From contig OZ241894.1 in the NCBI GenBank assembly GCA_965203575.1, positions 3,818,841 through 3,882,840 on the forward strand: DNA of 64,000 nt. Direction: 5' to 3'. This DNA is from Candidatus Aldehydirespirator sp. GTDB lineage: Bacteria; Actinomycetota; Acidimicrobiia; Acidimicrobiales; Aldehydirespiratoraceae. The position numbers and the translations under genes were made by a program. This document shows, one piece after another, positions 27,224 through 35,626 of this stretch (position 1 is its first letter; each line of letters starts with the position of its first letter). The notes beneath the pieces were generated by a model. That model made no database searches. It saw nothing but the letters and a program-made list of their open reading frames with translations, and was not told the origin of the DNA.

Positions 27224-28342
27224 TCAGGGGGCGGCGATAAGGCGGCCCAGGTCGGCCAACTGTTCCTCGGCATGGCCGAGAGTGAGCTCCATGTGGCGGG
27301 CGGCCAGGAAGTGGCGGTGCAGGGGGTAGTCGCGGTCGACCCCGACTCCGCCGTGGACGTGGACCGCGGCGTGCACCACCCGGAAGCCGCCCTCCGAGGC
27401 CCAGTACTTGGCTATGGCGATCTCGCGGTCGGCGGGCAGGCCGGCCGACAGGCGCCACGCGGCCTGGTAGGCGGTCAGCCAGATGGCCTCGGCGTCGATG
27501 TAGGAGTCGCCCGCCCGCTGGCTCACGGCCTGGAAGGTGGCGATCGGGCGGTCGAACTGGTGGCGCTGCTTGGTGTAGTCGGCGGCCAGTTCGATGGCGG
27601 CCCGGGCCGCTCCGGACATCGTCATGCACAGCCCGACGTTGGCGTGCCGCTCGATGAACCGCACGATCTCGGTGCCGTCGACTGTGCCTGCGCCGAGCAG
27701 GGCGCCGGCGTCCACGGGCACGCCCGACAACTCGAAGCGGGCCTCGGGACGGCCCGTCGTCACCCCCACGGGGATGCGCTCCAGGCCCTCGGCGCCGGTC
27801 GGCACGATGAACACACCCACTGCCCCGTCGTCGAGACGGGCGGGCACCAGCGAGACGTCGGCGTCCAGGCCGCCCGCTACCAGCACCTTGGTGCCGTCGA
27901 GAACGAACCCGCCGTTGTCCGAGCGGGCCGCCGTCGTCGGCTCGACGGGAGAGGTGCCGTCCTCGGCCAGCGCCGCGCAGGCCAATACCGAGCCGTCGGC
28001 CATTCCGGGAAGCCAGGCCTCCCGCTGATCCTCGGTGCCGAAGGCAGCCACCGGCATGGCCCCCATCACCGCGGTGGTCAGCAGCGGCACCGGCGACGCC
28101 CGCCGGCCGACCTCCTCCAACGCCACCGCGGTGGCCAGGAAGCCCAGGCCGAGCCCGCCGTGGGCCTCCGGGATCGACGCGCCCACCACTCCGGTGGCGG
28201 CCAGCGCGGCCCACGCCTTGCGGTCCACGTGGTCGCCCTCGGCGGCCAGTGCCTTGAGGCGCTCATGCGACGACATGTCGTCGAGCACCTGCGCGGTCAG
28301 GTCCCGGATGGCCTGCTCTTCCTCGCCCAGCTCGAAGTCCAC
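27224..28342 (-). CDS. Acyl-CoA dehydrogenase family protein (beta-like partner)
   Basis: GTG 28342 (VDFELGEEEQAIRDL..), 372 aa, ACAD-like to the C-terminus (GGVGVDRDYPLHRHFLAARHMELTLG). The 624-aa ORF-track entry fuses it with an out-of-frame shadow of the next gene. Confidence 0.8.
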   Translation of the reverse strand: MDFELGEEEQAIRDLTAQVLDDMSSHERLKALAAEGDHVDRKAWAALAATGVVGASIPEAHGGLGLGFLATAVALEEVGRRASPVPLLTTAVMGAMPVAAFGTEDQREAWLPGMADGSVLACAALAEDGTSPVEPTTAARSDNGGFVLDGTKVLVAGGLDADVSLVPARLDDGAVGVFIVPTGAEGLERIPVGVTTGRPEARFELSGVPVDAGALLGAGTVDGTEIVRFIERHANVGLCMTMSGAARAAIELAADYTKQRHQFDRPIATFQAVSQRAGDSYIDAEAIWLTAYQAAWRLSAGLPADREIAIAKYWASEGGFRVVHAAVHVHGGVGVDRDYPLHRHFLAARHMELTLGHAEEQLADLGRLIAAP

Positions 28343-28362
28343 CGCTCGCCGCTCCGTCCGTC

Positions 28363-29565
28363 CTAGCGGGAGGCTCGGGGGTAGCCCAGGCCGAACTGTG
28401 AGATCAGGTCGCGCTGCATCTCGTTGGTGCCGCCGCCGAAGGTGAGGATCACCGTCGAGCGGTACATCATCTCCAGCCGGGACAGGTACCCGGGCGAGCC
28501 CTCCGCCACGTAGGCCCGCTGGCCGTACACCTGCATCAGCCTGCGGTAGGCGTCGACGTAGAACTCGGTGCCCGAGACCTTCACTGCCGAGGAGTCGGCC
28601 ACGAAGGCGGCGATGGTGGCCTTGTCGGGCTCGGCCCCGTCGATCCGGTTGGCCACCGTCCAGGCCACCTTCCAGTTGGCCAGGCGCAGGAACTCCAGCC
28701 GGGCGGCCACCTCGGCCAGGTTGCGCTGCACCCACGGCTCGTCGATCACGTAGGAGTCGTCGGCCCGCTTGGCCGACTTGGCCCACTCGACGCACTCCTC
28801 CAAGCGCTTGGTGACCATCCCCGACGAGCAGATCGTCACCCGCTCCCGGTTGAGCTGGCTGGTGATCAGGCCCCAGCCCCGGTTCTCCTCGCCGATCAGG
28901 GTCGAAGCCGGCACCCGGCAGTCGTCGAAGAAGGTGTGGTTGATGTTGTGCGACGACAGCAGGTCGAGGGGCTCGATGCTGATGCCGGGCGTGTCCATGG
29001 GGATGCAGAACAGCGAGATGCCCTTGTGCTTGGGGACCTCGGGGTCGGTGCGGGCCGCCAGCCAGATGTAGTCGGCGTCCTTGGCCAGCGACGTCCACGT
29101 CTTCTGGCCGTTGATCACGTAGGTCTCGCCGTCGCGCACCGCCCGGGTGGTGAGCGAGGCCAGGTCGGTGCCGGCGTCGGGCTCGGAGTAGCCGATACAG
29201 AAGGTGAGCTCGCCGCCGGCGATGCGGGGCAGGAAGAAGTCCTTCTGCTCGTCGGTGCCGTACTGCATGATGGTCGGGCCGACGGTGTTGATGGTGAGCA
29301 TGGGGATGGGCGCGCCGAGCGCCACGGACTCGTCGAACACGATGAACTGCTCCACCGCCGACATTCCGCGGCCGCCGTACTCGGTGGGCCAGCCGACCGC
29401 CAGCCAGCCGTCGGCCCCCATCTGGCGCACGATGCGGCGGTGCACCGGCCCGGTGCCGTCCTCGGCGCCCAACTCGGCCCGCACGTCGTCGGTGAGCAGA
29501 TCGGCGTAGTAGGCCCGCAGCTCGCCCCGCAGCGCCTCCTGCTCAGCCGTGTACCCGATGTGCAT
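28363..29565 (-). CDS. Acyl-CoA dehydrogenase (alpha-like partner)
   Basis: 400 aa. MHIGYTAEQEALRGELRAYY.., GYSEPDAGTDLAS, QKTWTSLA and FGGGTNEMQRDLISQFGLG. Confidence 0.85.
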   Translation of the reverse strand: MHIGYTAEQEALRGELRAYYADLLTDDVRAELGAEDGTGPVHRRIVRQMGADGWLAVGWPTEYGGRGMSAVEQFIVFDESVALGAPIPMLTINTVGPTIMQYGTDEQKDFFLPRIAGGELTFCIGYSEPDAGTDLASLTTRAVRDGETYVINGQKTWTSLAKDADYIWLAARTDPEVPKHKGISLFCIPMDTPGISIEPLDLLSSHNINHTFFDDCRVPASTLIGEENRGWGLITSQLNRERVTICSSGMVTKRLEECVEWAKSAKRADDSYVIDEPWVQRNLAEVAARLEFLRLANWKVAWTVANRIDGAEPDKATIAAFVADSSAVKVSGTEFYVDAYRRLMQVYGQRAYVAEGSPGYLSRLEMMYRSTVILTFGGGTNEMQRDLISQFGLGYPRASR

Positions 29566-29728
29566 GGCGTGCCCTCCCCGCAGCTAATCGTCGCGGGCAC
29601 CTCTTGTCCATGATCCTAATCAGGCGTCATACAACCGGACGCTTGACCTACGGCTGAACCGTGGCAGCCACGGCCCTGCCCGGGACAGCCGCGGCGCGTA
29701 GAACTAGGCGCCCGACTAACGGGGCGAG

Positions 29729-29980
29729 TCAAAGGTCGCGTAGATCGACGAGATCAAACCAGCCCTGGCCTTCATACACGTGAATGACCACAACCGTCGA
29801 CTCAATCAGCATCCATCTGCTCATGGGCGAGCGGCCCGCGGATCGGATGCCGGGCAACTCCGTCAAAGGCCGGTCGGCTAGATCAATAAGGCCCTCCAGC
29901 AGGCTCGACCGTTGCAGGTCGTCCTTCCCCTCGGCCCACGCATCGAAGCAGCCGCGCGGATCGGCCATCCGCCATGGCAC
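29729..29980 (-). CDS. Hypothetical small protein, possible RelE/ParE-like toxin
   Basis: 83 aa, 4 nt downstream of another small ORF. The C-terminal beta-like stretch STVVVIHVYEGQGWFDLVDL is vaguely ParE/RelE-like. There is no firm motif. Confidence 0.3.
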   Translation of the reverse strand: MPWRMADPRGCFDAWAEGKDDLQRSSLLEGLIDLADRPLTELPGIRSAGRSPMSRWMLIESTVVVIHVYEGQGWFDLVDLRDL

Positions 29981-29983
29981 GCC

Positions 29984-30223
29984 TCAGGTCTTCTTCAGCG
30001 AGACGTGCTCGCCGCGACGAGCCCGGTCCGCGAGTTCGCGAAGGTCGCCAATGTCGAGTGCGCTCTCCCGGGCCGCTTGGTCGCTCATGCGGCTGGGCGC
30101 GGCGGTCTCGGCTTCCGTCTGCGCGCGTTCGACCTCGGCGAGAGCATCTGATTCGAGCACATCCTCAAGGCGGAGACCGTCACGCGGCGGGGATTCCTTT
30201 GCAGTGTCGCGGGCTCGGGTCAC
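29984..30223 (-). CDS. Hypothetical small acidic protein, possible antitoxin partner
   Basis: 79 aa, E/D/A-rich, directly upstream of 29729-29980 on the same strand. Confidence 0.3.
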   Translation of the reverse strand: MTRARDTAKESPPRDGLRLEDVLESDALAEVERAQTEAETAAPSRMSDQAARESALDIGDLRELADRARRGEHVSLKKT

Positions 30224-30254
30224 GAAGCCAGCCTAGTGGGCTGTCCACTAGAGT

Positions 30255-30461
30255 TTGCGTCCCATGCCCTTCTGGCTCATCGACGTTCCCAAACTGATTG
30301 CCGGGGGTGCGGTGGTGGCGTTCGCGATGTATCTCGTGTGGTCCATGGGCTCAGATCACGGACAGGACAAAGCCCGCCGCGAGGGCGGATACAGCGAGGG
30401 GTACAAAGACGGCTACCGCGACGGATTGCGCTCTCTCGACGAACCACCAGGAGACGCCTAG
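30255..30461 (+). CDS. Small membrane protein with a GY-rich tail
   Basis: 68 aa with one TM segment (LIAGGAVVAFAMYLVW) followed by EGGYSEGYKDGYRDG. Confidence 0.3.
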   Translation: MRPMPFWLIDVPKLIAGGAVVAFAMYLVWSMGSDHGQDKARREGGYSEGYKDGYRDGLRSLDEPPGDA

Positions 30462-30478
30462 CGGCGGGCGACTCCATC

Positions 30479-31651
30479 TCAGGATTCGTAGTTGCATGCT
30501 TCTTGTGTCACGGCGAGTGCGGGCGAGTCCCCGAGATCGAATTCCACCTGCACAATGTCGCGCTGAGTGTGCTCGATCCGCAGAAATAGTCTGTCCGCTC
30601 CCTGGAACCGACCCACCAGGCTGGATGCATCGCGTTCGGGCCAGAGGGCCATGGTCAGGTTCTCGTCGGTCATCCACCGCCTGTCCGACAGATATTCTTC
30701 GTCCGAGAACCGGTAGCGGATACGTACCTGATAGTCGGGCGCTGCTCGACGGAGCCTTCTGCCGTGTTCCAGGAACAAGATTGCCTCGAGTTGCCTCGCA
30801 GGCTCTCCCGACTGCTCGTAGTTGGTCACGCACATGATCCGCAACGTGTGATTCGACTCCGGGTCTGTGACCTGTGCCGCACTATGGATCACGCCCCACT
30901 CAGACTCATCCGGTGCAAGGAGTTGCCAGTCGCCGGGATCCAGGTCCGGGGCCTGGCCGCACACTCCCGCCGTATCCAGTCCCGCGTATCTGACGTAGAG
31001 GTCGTCCGCGACGCAACGGAACAGGTTTCCGTGGCCGCACACTGACTGGCGATGCGTCCAGTCGTCAGCGCAGGCCGCCATCTCGTCGCTGTCAGAAATT
31101 AGGGCGTGGGCCAACTCGTGGAGGAGCACTTGCAATGTGAAGTTCTCGGAGCGTCCGCTGACGACCTCAATGGCATGACTGGCGGGTTCATAGCAGCCAG
31201 CAACATCAAGTAGCCACCCGCAGGGACCCTCCTCAAGATCCGGGGGCCAACTCGGCTTGCCGGGAGTGTCCGTCTCGCGCCAGACTCTCGCTATGAGTGC
31301 TTGCATTTCAGGCTTGCTCATCTCCGGGTCGCGTGTCCCGAGCCAGGCGCAGGACTCCCAGTCGTAGACGCCCAGCACGATCGCTGGCGCGCAGCGACCA
31401 GAGGCGATTTCCTTCTCCGCTCTGCTGCTGAGTTCCGCCGCTTGGATTGTGTCGGGCATGTCGCCAGCCACCGTCGCCGTCTCCCTTTCCGATCTGGCGC
31501 TGATCTCCACCCGGCCATCTGTCGGCTGAGGTCTGTCGTCCTCCCACAGCAACCTAGTGAAGTCGGACGGCTCTAGCCCTAGCCCTACCGCTACCGCGAG
31601 GCAGACCACCAAAAAGACCCACCATCCAAGGAACTTGACCCCCTCACTCAA
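30479..31651 (-). CDS. Membrane-anchored putative zinc metalloprotease-like protein (HExxH)
   Basis: N-terminal TM segment (FLGWWVFLVVCLAVAVGLGL), then QVLLHELAHAL (HExxH), several Cys residues and a C-terminal domain of unknown type. GC content is lower than in the flanking genes. Confidence 0.55.
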   Translation of the reverse strand: MSEGVKFLGWWVFLVVCLAVAVGLGLEPSDFTRLLWEDDRPQPTDGRVEISARSERETATVAGDMPDTIQAAELSSRAEKEIASGRCAPAIVLGVYDWESCAWLGTRDPEMSKPEMQALIARVWRETDTPGKPSWPPDLEEGPCGWLLDVAGCYEPASHAIEVVSGRSENFTLQVLLHELAHALISDSDEMAACADDWTHRQSVCGHGNLFRCVADDLYVRYAGLDTAGVCGQAPDLDPGDWQLLAPDESEWGVIHSAAQVTDPESNHTLRIMCVTNYEQSGEPARQLEAILFLEHGRRLRRAAPDYQVRIRYRFSDEEYLSDRRWMTDENLTMALWPERDASSLVGRFQGADRLFLRIEHTQRDIVQVEFDLGDSPALAVTQEACNYES

Positions 31652-31723
31652 GCCACTACCTCACGGTATGGCTGACAGAGACCGTGATATGCACGCGGAA
31701 AGAGAACAATGGCCGGACACAAC

Positions 31724-31998
31724 GCTATTCGTAGCGGGTTCCGTTGGCCTCTATGTAGTCGAGCCACAGGGCGCCCGCGTCGGGGGCCAACTCGCCCGGG
31801 CGGTAGGTGACAGGCCGTGGCACTCGTAGACGTCCCAGCTGACTGGAGACCGGCGGTTCATGCCGACGCCCATGTCCTCGAAGGGGACCATCGCCTCTCC
31901 TGTCGGTCTGCGGTCCACGCTGAGGCTGGCGTTCCAAACCAGGCTGCCGAGGTGCCCCATGCTCAGGCTCGCACGGGAAGTGCAGTCGGCCAGCAGCC
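31724..31998 (-). pseudogene. Decayed duplicate of the 3' end of the arylsulfatase gene
   Basis: Aligns with 33124-33450 at an exact 1400-nt offset at the stop-codon end (GCTATTCGTAGCGGGTTCCGTTGGC identical). It has substitutions plus ~50 nt of deletions, so it is split over two frames (..TYRPGELAPDAGALWLDYIEANGTRYE). Confidence 0.8.
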
Positions 31999-32479
31999 TA
32001 AGCCGTGTAACCGATGTGCATACTTCAGGGCCCGCTCCTCACTGTTGGCGAACTCTACTGCCGCCCATTCCGGCCACGCCCCGCCGGTAGCCGCTCGGCT
32101 CTTGCTCAGAGCCCACCGCCTCGATCCACGTATCGAGCCAGACAAGAGGTCACGCGGCGTATCGATGTCACACGCCCGTGGGATCATGGAGGAACCAGTA
32201 GCTGAAGAGCCGATCATATAGAGGGACGCCGATGTGCCGTGGCGAGAGTTGGCGATGACGGGACGGCCGCGTAGGCGCCCGTATCTTCAACCGCCGCCTC
32301 GGTGGCAACTACGGTTGGGGCGACCGATCAGAAGGGGGCCACCAGATGCCATCTGAAGCCGATCTGTCGCCTGTTTTTTGCCTGACGACGAGCCGCCGGT
32401 TGATCTCGACGGCTTCGAACGGGCTGGTCGCGCCGCCGACGCGACGGTGCCCCGAAGGCGCTGACTCGCACCCGAAGCG

Positions 32480-33061
32480 ATGACGGTTACCGAACCCAAC
32501 CCACTCACGTTGTTCCCCCCGTTACCGGAGAGCCGTTTCGACATCATCTATGCCGACCCACCCTGGGACTACAAGGGCCAGCTACAACACGCTGGCGCAG
32601 GTAACGGCGACAGCGGCGGCGCAGTACGCCACTACCCGACCGTCCCGCTGCGAACCCTGCGCCGGCTGCCAGTGCTGGACGTGGCATCGGACAACGCGTT
32701 GCTGTTTCTGTGGGCCACCAGTCCGCATCTGGACCAAGCCATCGACTTGGGCACGTCATGGGGCTTCAACTGGGCAACAGTGGCGTTCGTGTGGGACAAG
32801 TGCAAGGTCAATCCTGGCTTCTACACGATGTCACAGTGCGAACTGTGCCTTGTCTTCAAACACGGCAAGATCCCGTGGCCTCGCGGTGCCCGCAATGTTC
32901 GCCAACTGGTACGCGAACCGCGGCGCGACCACAGCCGCAAGCCTGACGAGGTGCGCCGCCGGATCGAGGCGATGTTCCCGGCCATGTCCAAGATCGAGCT
33001 GTTCGCTCGCACCCGTGTGCGCGGATGGCACTCGTGGGGCTTGGACGTCAGCGGTGGCTAG
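32480..33061 (+). CDS. MT-A70-family N6-adenine methyltransferase (no restriction partner visible)
   Basis: 193 aa. Catalytic DPPW motif in IIYADPPWDY, LFLWAT and a C-terminal SRKPDE, typical of MT-A70. Confidence 0.8.
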   Translation: MTVTEPNPLTLFPPLPESRFDIIYADPPWDYKGQLQHAGAGNGDSGGAVRHYPTVPLRTLRRLPVLDVASDNALLFLWATSPHLDQAIDLGTSWGFNWATVAFVWDKCKVNPGFYTMSQCELCLVFKHGKIPWPRGARNVRQLVREPRRDHSRKPDEVRRRIEAMFPAMSKIELFARTRVRGWHSWGLDVSGG

Positions 33062-33124
33062 CCACGCTGGTAGGCGCCTCGTCGCAGCCGGGCCGGCTGG
33101 CGGCGTTCGCCGAGTGACGAGGTG

Positions 33125-35626
33125 CTATTCGTAGCGGGTTCCGTTGGCTTTGATGTAGTCGAGCCACAGGGAGCCGGCGTCGGGGGCCAGCTCGCCCGGG
33201 CGGTAGGTGACAGCGTGCAGGTCTCCCGTGTATGGGAACGGACCGTGGCGCTTGTAGACGTCCCAACTGACCGGCGAGCGGCGGTCCACGCCGACGTCGA
33301 TGCCCTCGAAGGGGGCCATCGCCATCAGCGACACCAGACCGGGCGCCTCCCCCACCGCTTCGCCGTCCACGCTGAGGTTGGCGTTCCACACCAGGTTGCC
33401 GGGATTCTCCATGGCCAGGCTCACACTCGATGCGCCGTCGGCCAGCGGCCCGCAGTCCAGGACGGTCATGTCTCCGTAGGCGTTGTGAGCGAGGAACAGC
33501 CGGTCGTCCTCCACGTACAGCATGTAGCCACCGCCCTGGTCGCCGTGAGCCACCAGCACCCCCGCGTCGCCGGGCCGCCATCGCAGCGACACGTCGATGT
33601 CGAAGCTCTTCTGGAAGATGAGCTGCTGGGACCGCCACCGCTCCAGGGTGGGGGTGCCGGGCCTCAGCGTCGTGTCGTCCGCCAGCTCGTCGTACCACGG
33701 CGGGCGCAGGATCCTGACCAGCTGGTTGCCCTCGTCGAGGGGGTACACCTGGTTGGCCCAGGCGGCCCGGTCCCAGGCCTGCTGCATCTCCTCGAGCCTG
33801 TCGGGATGCTCGTCGGCGAGGTCGCAGCACTCCGTCGGATCCTCGGCCAGGTTGTGCAGCTCCCAGCGGTCTGCGCTGAACGGGCGCCGGGGCCGGTGGC
33901 AGGTCACCACCGACCAGCCGTCGCGGTAGAAGCCGCGGTGACCGAAGTTCTCGTAGTACTGCTCGGGATGGGTCGAGGGCGCGGCCGGGTCGGTGAAGGT
34001 GGCTGCGAAGCTGGCCCCGGCCGGCTCCGGTGCGGGCACGCCGTGGCGCGACGCCGGCACGGCCACGCCGCAGATCTCGGCGAGGGTCGGGAATACGTCG
34101 GTGACGTGCTGGTACTGGCCCCGGACGCCTCCGGCCTCCGCGCCGTCGGCGGCCCAGAGAACGCGTGCAGGTGAGTGCAAGTCCGCCGCGTTGCCAGGGA
34201 GTGTCTCCCGCTCTTGTTCGCTGCGCTCACGGGCCGCTCGGGCCACGGCCTCGCCCGTATGAACCGGATTCGCTCGCCCACCCGCTCGGCCTCTGAACCC
34301 TGCCGGCCAGTTGACGATGAACGGGACGCTGTGGCCGCCCCGGTGGGTGTTGATCTTGTAGAGGCGGAACGGCGTGCACGACACCATGGCCCAGCCCATC
34401 GGGTAGTGGGCCAGGGTCCGGGGGCCGCCCAGCAGGCCGAGGCGGGCGTAGTCGGTGTCGACGACCTCCAGATCGGTGGGCCGCACCTGGGAGAGCAGGG
34501 TGCGGAAGTACGCCGACGTGCCGGTGTACTGGCCCTCCCGGGAGCCGCCGTTGTCGCTGGTGAACAGCACGATGGTGTTGTCCCACTCACCGATGGCCTC
34601 GAGGTGGCGGCGCAACCTCCCGAAGTTGCGGTCGACGTTGTGGACCATGCCCGCGTACACCTCCATGTAGCGGGCGAACAGCTCCTTGGACCGGTCGTCC
34701 AGATCTTCCCAGGGGCCTACCTCGTGGAGCTCCTCGGTGTTGCGGGCCGGCAGCACCGCGTTGGGCGGCACCACCCCCAGCTCCTGCTGGCGCTCGAAGC
34801 GCTCGGCCCGCAACGCGTCCCAGCCCGCGGCGTAACGGCCGCGGAAGCGCTCGATGTCGGTTTCGGGGGCCTGCAGCGGGGCGTGCACCGCGCCGTGCGA
34901 GAAGTACATGAAGAACGGCCGGCTCGGGTGCGACGACCGCAGCTCGTCCACCATCCGGATCGCCTGGTCGGTCAGGTCGTCGGTGAAGTAGTAGCCGTCG
35001 GGGTAGCGCTCGACGTCGATGTGGTGGTTGTCCTCGTAGAGCCGGTGGGGATGATGGAAGTTGGTGAAGGCGTCGAGGATCCCGTAGTAGCGGTCGAAGC
35101 CCCGCTGCAGCGGCCAGCTCGCTTTGGGGGCTCCGTCGCTGAGGTGGGCGTCCTTGGTGAGATGCCACTTCCCGAGCATGAACGTGGCCCAGCCGGCGTC
35201 GCGGAACGTCTCGGACATGGTCACCGCGTTGTCCCGCAGCTCGTGGCTGTAGCCGGGGAAACCGGGGTCGCTGTGGGCCACCTGAGCCATGCCGGCCATG
35301 TGATGGTTGAGCCCGGTCAGCAGCGACGCCCGGGTGGGCGAGCACATGGGGTTCACATGGAAGTCGGTGTAGCGCAGTCCCTCGCCGGCCAGACGGTCGA
35401 GCTCCGGGGTGTCGATCTCGGAGCCGTAGCAGCCCAGGTCGGAGTAGCCGAGGTCGTCGGCCATCATCACGATCACGTTGGGGGCGCCCTCCGGGGCGGT
35501 CGGCGGCTTCGGCCAGTGCGGCTCGGAGGTGGAGAAGATCTTGCCGACGGTGCCCTCGAAGCCGGCGTAGGGCGCGGTCGGGTCGATGGGCGCGGGGCTC
35601 TCGGCCCCGGAGGAGGCGCCCGTCAC
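33125..35626 (-). CDS. Arylsulfatase (formylglycine-dependent) carrying an in-frame ~50-aa insertion
   Basis: Sulfatase signature MCSPTRASLLTGLNHH, DDLGYSDLGCYG, GKWHL and FTSDNGG. GTG start overlaps the upstream gene's stop (GTGA). 833 aa. Confidence 0.85.
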   Translation of the reverse strand: MTGASSGAESPAPIDPTAPYAGFEGTVGKIFSTSEPHWPKPPTAPEGAPNVIVMMADDLGYSDLGCYGSEIDTPELDRLAGEGLRYTDFHVNPMCSPTRASLLTGLNHHMAGMAQVAHSDPGFPGYSHELRDNAVTMSETFRDAGWATFMLGKWHLTKDAHLSDGAPKASWPLQRGFDRYYGILDAFTNFHHPHRLYEDNHHIDVERYPDGYYFTDDLTDQAIRMVDELRSSHPSRPFFMYFSHGAVHAPLQAPETDIERFRGRYAAGWDALRAERFERQQELGVVPPNAVLPARNTEELHEVGPWEDLDDRSKELFARYMEVYAGMVHNVDRNFGRLRRHLEAIGEWDNTIVLFTSDNGGSREGQYTGTSAYFRTLLSQVRPTDLEVVDTDYARLGLLGGPRTLAHYPMGWAMVSCTPFRLYKINTHRGGHSVPFIVNWPAGFRGRAGGRANPVHTGEAVARAARERSEQERETLPGNAADLHSPARVLWAADGAEAGGVRGQYQHVTDVFPTLAEICGVAVPASRHGVPAPEPAGASFAATFTDPAAPSTHPEQYYENFGHRGFYRDGWSVVTCHRPRRPFSADRWELHNLAEDPTECCDLADEHPDRLEEMQQAWDRAAWANQVYPLDEGNQLVRILRPPWYDELADDTTLRPGTPTLERWRSQQLIFQKSFDIDVSLRWRPGDAGVLVAHGDQGGGYMLYVEDDRLFLAHNAYGDMTVLDCGPLADGASSVSLAMENPGNLVWNANLSVDGEAVGEAPGLVSLMAMAPFEGIDVGVDRRSPVSWDVYKRHGPFPYTGDLHAVTYRPGELAPDAGSLWLDYIKANGTRYE
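34204..34294. repeat. Copy B of the dispersed repeat element, inside the arylsulfatase coding region
   Basis: The 50-nt core matches 17730-17779 (2 mismatches). It has a 27-nt extra segment, then the shared CCGCTCGGCCTCTG tail. Confidence 0.8.

Noticed and set aside
27224-29098. 624-aa ORF-track entry
   Set aside because: Only its C-terminal 372 aa (from GTG 28342) look like an acyl-CoA dehydrogenase. The N-terminal part is an out-of-frame shadow over the separate ACAD gene at 28363-29565.
34168-34181. GTGAGTGCAAGT, shared between 34170 and 39201
   Set aside because: A 12-mer match is within chance expectation for a window of this size. The flanks do not align.
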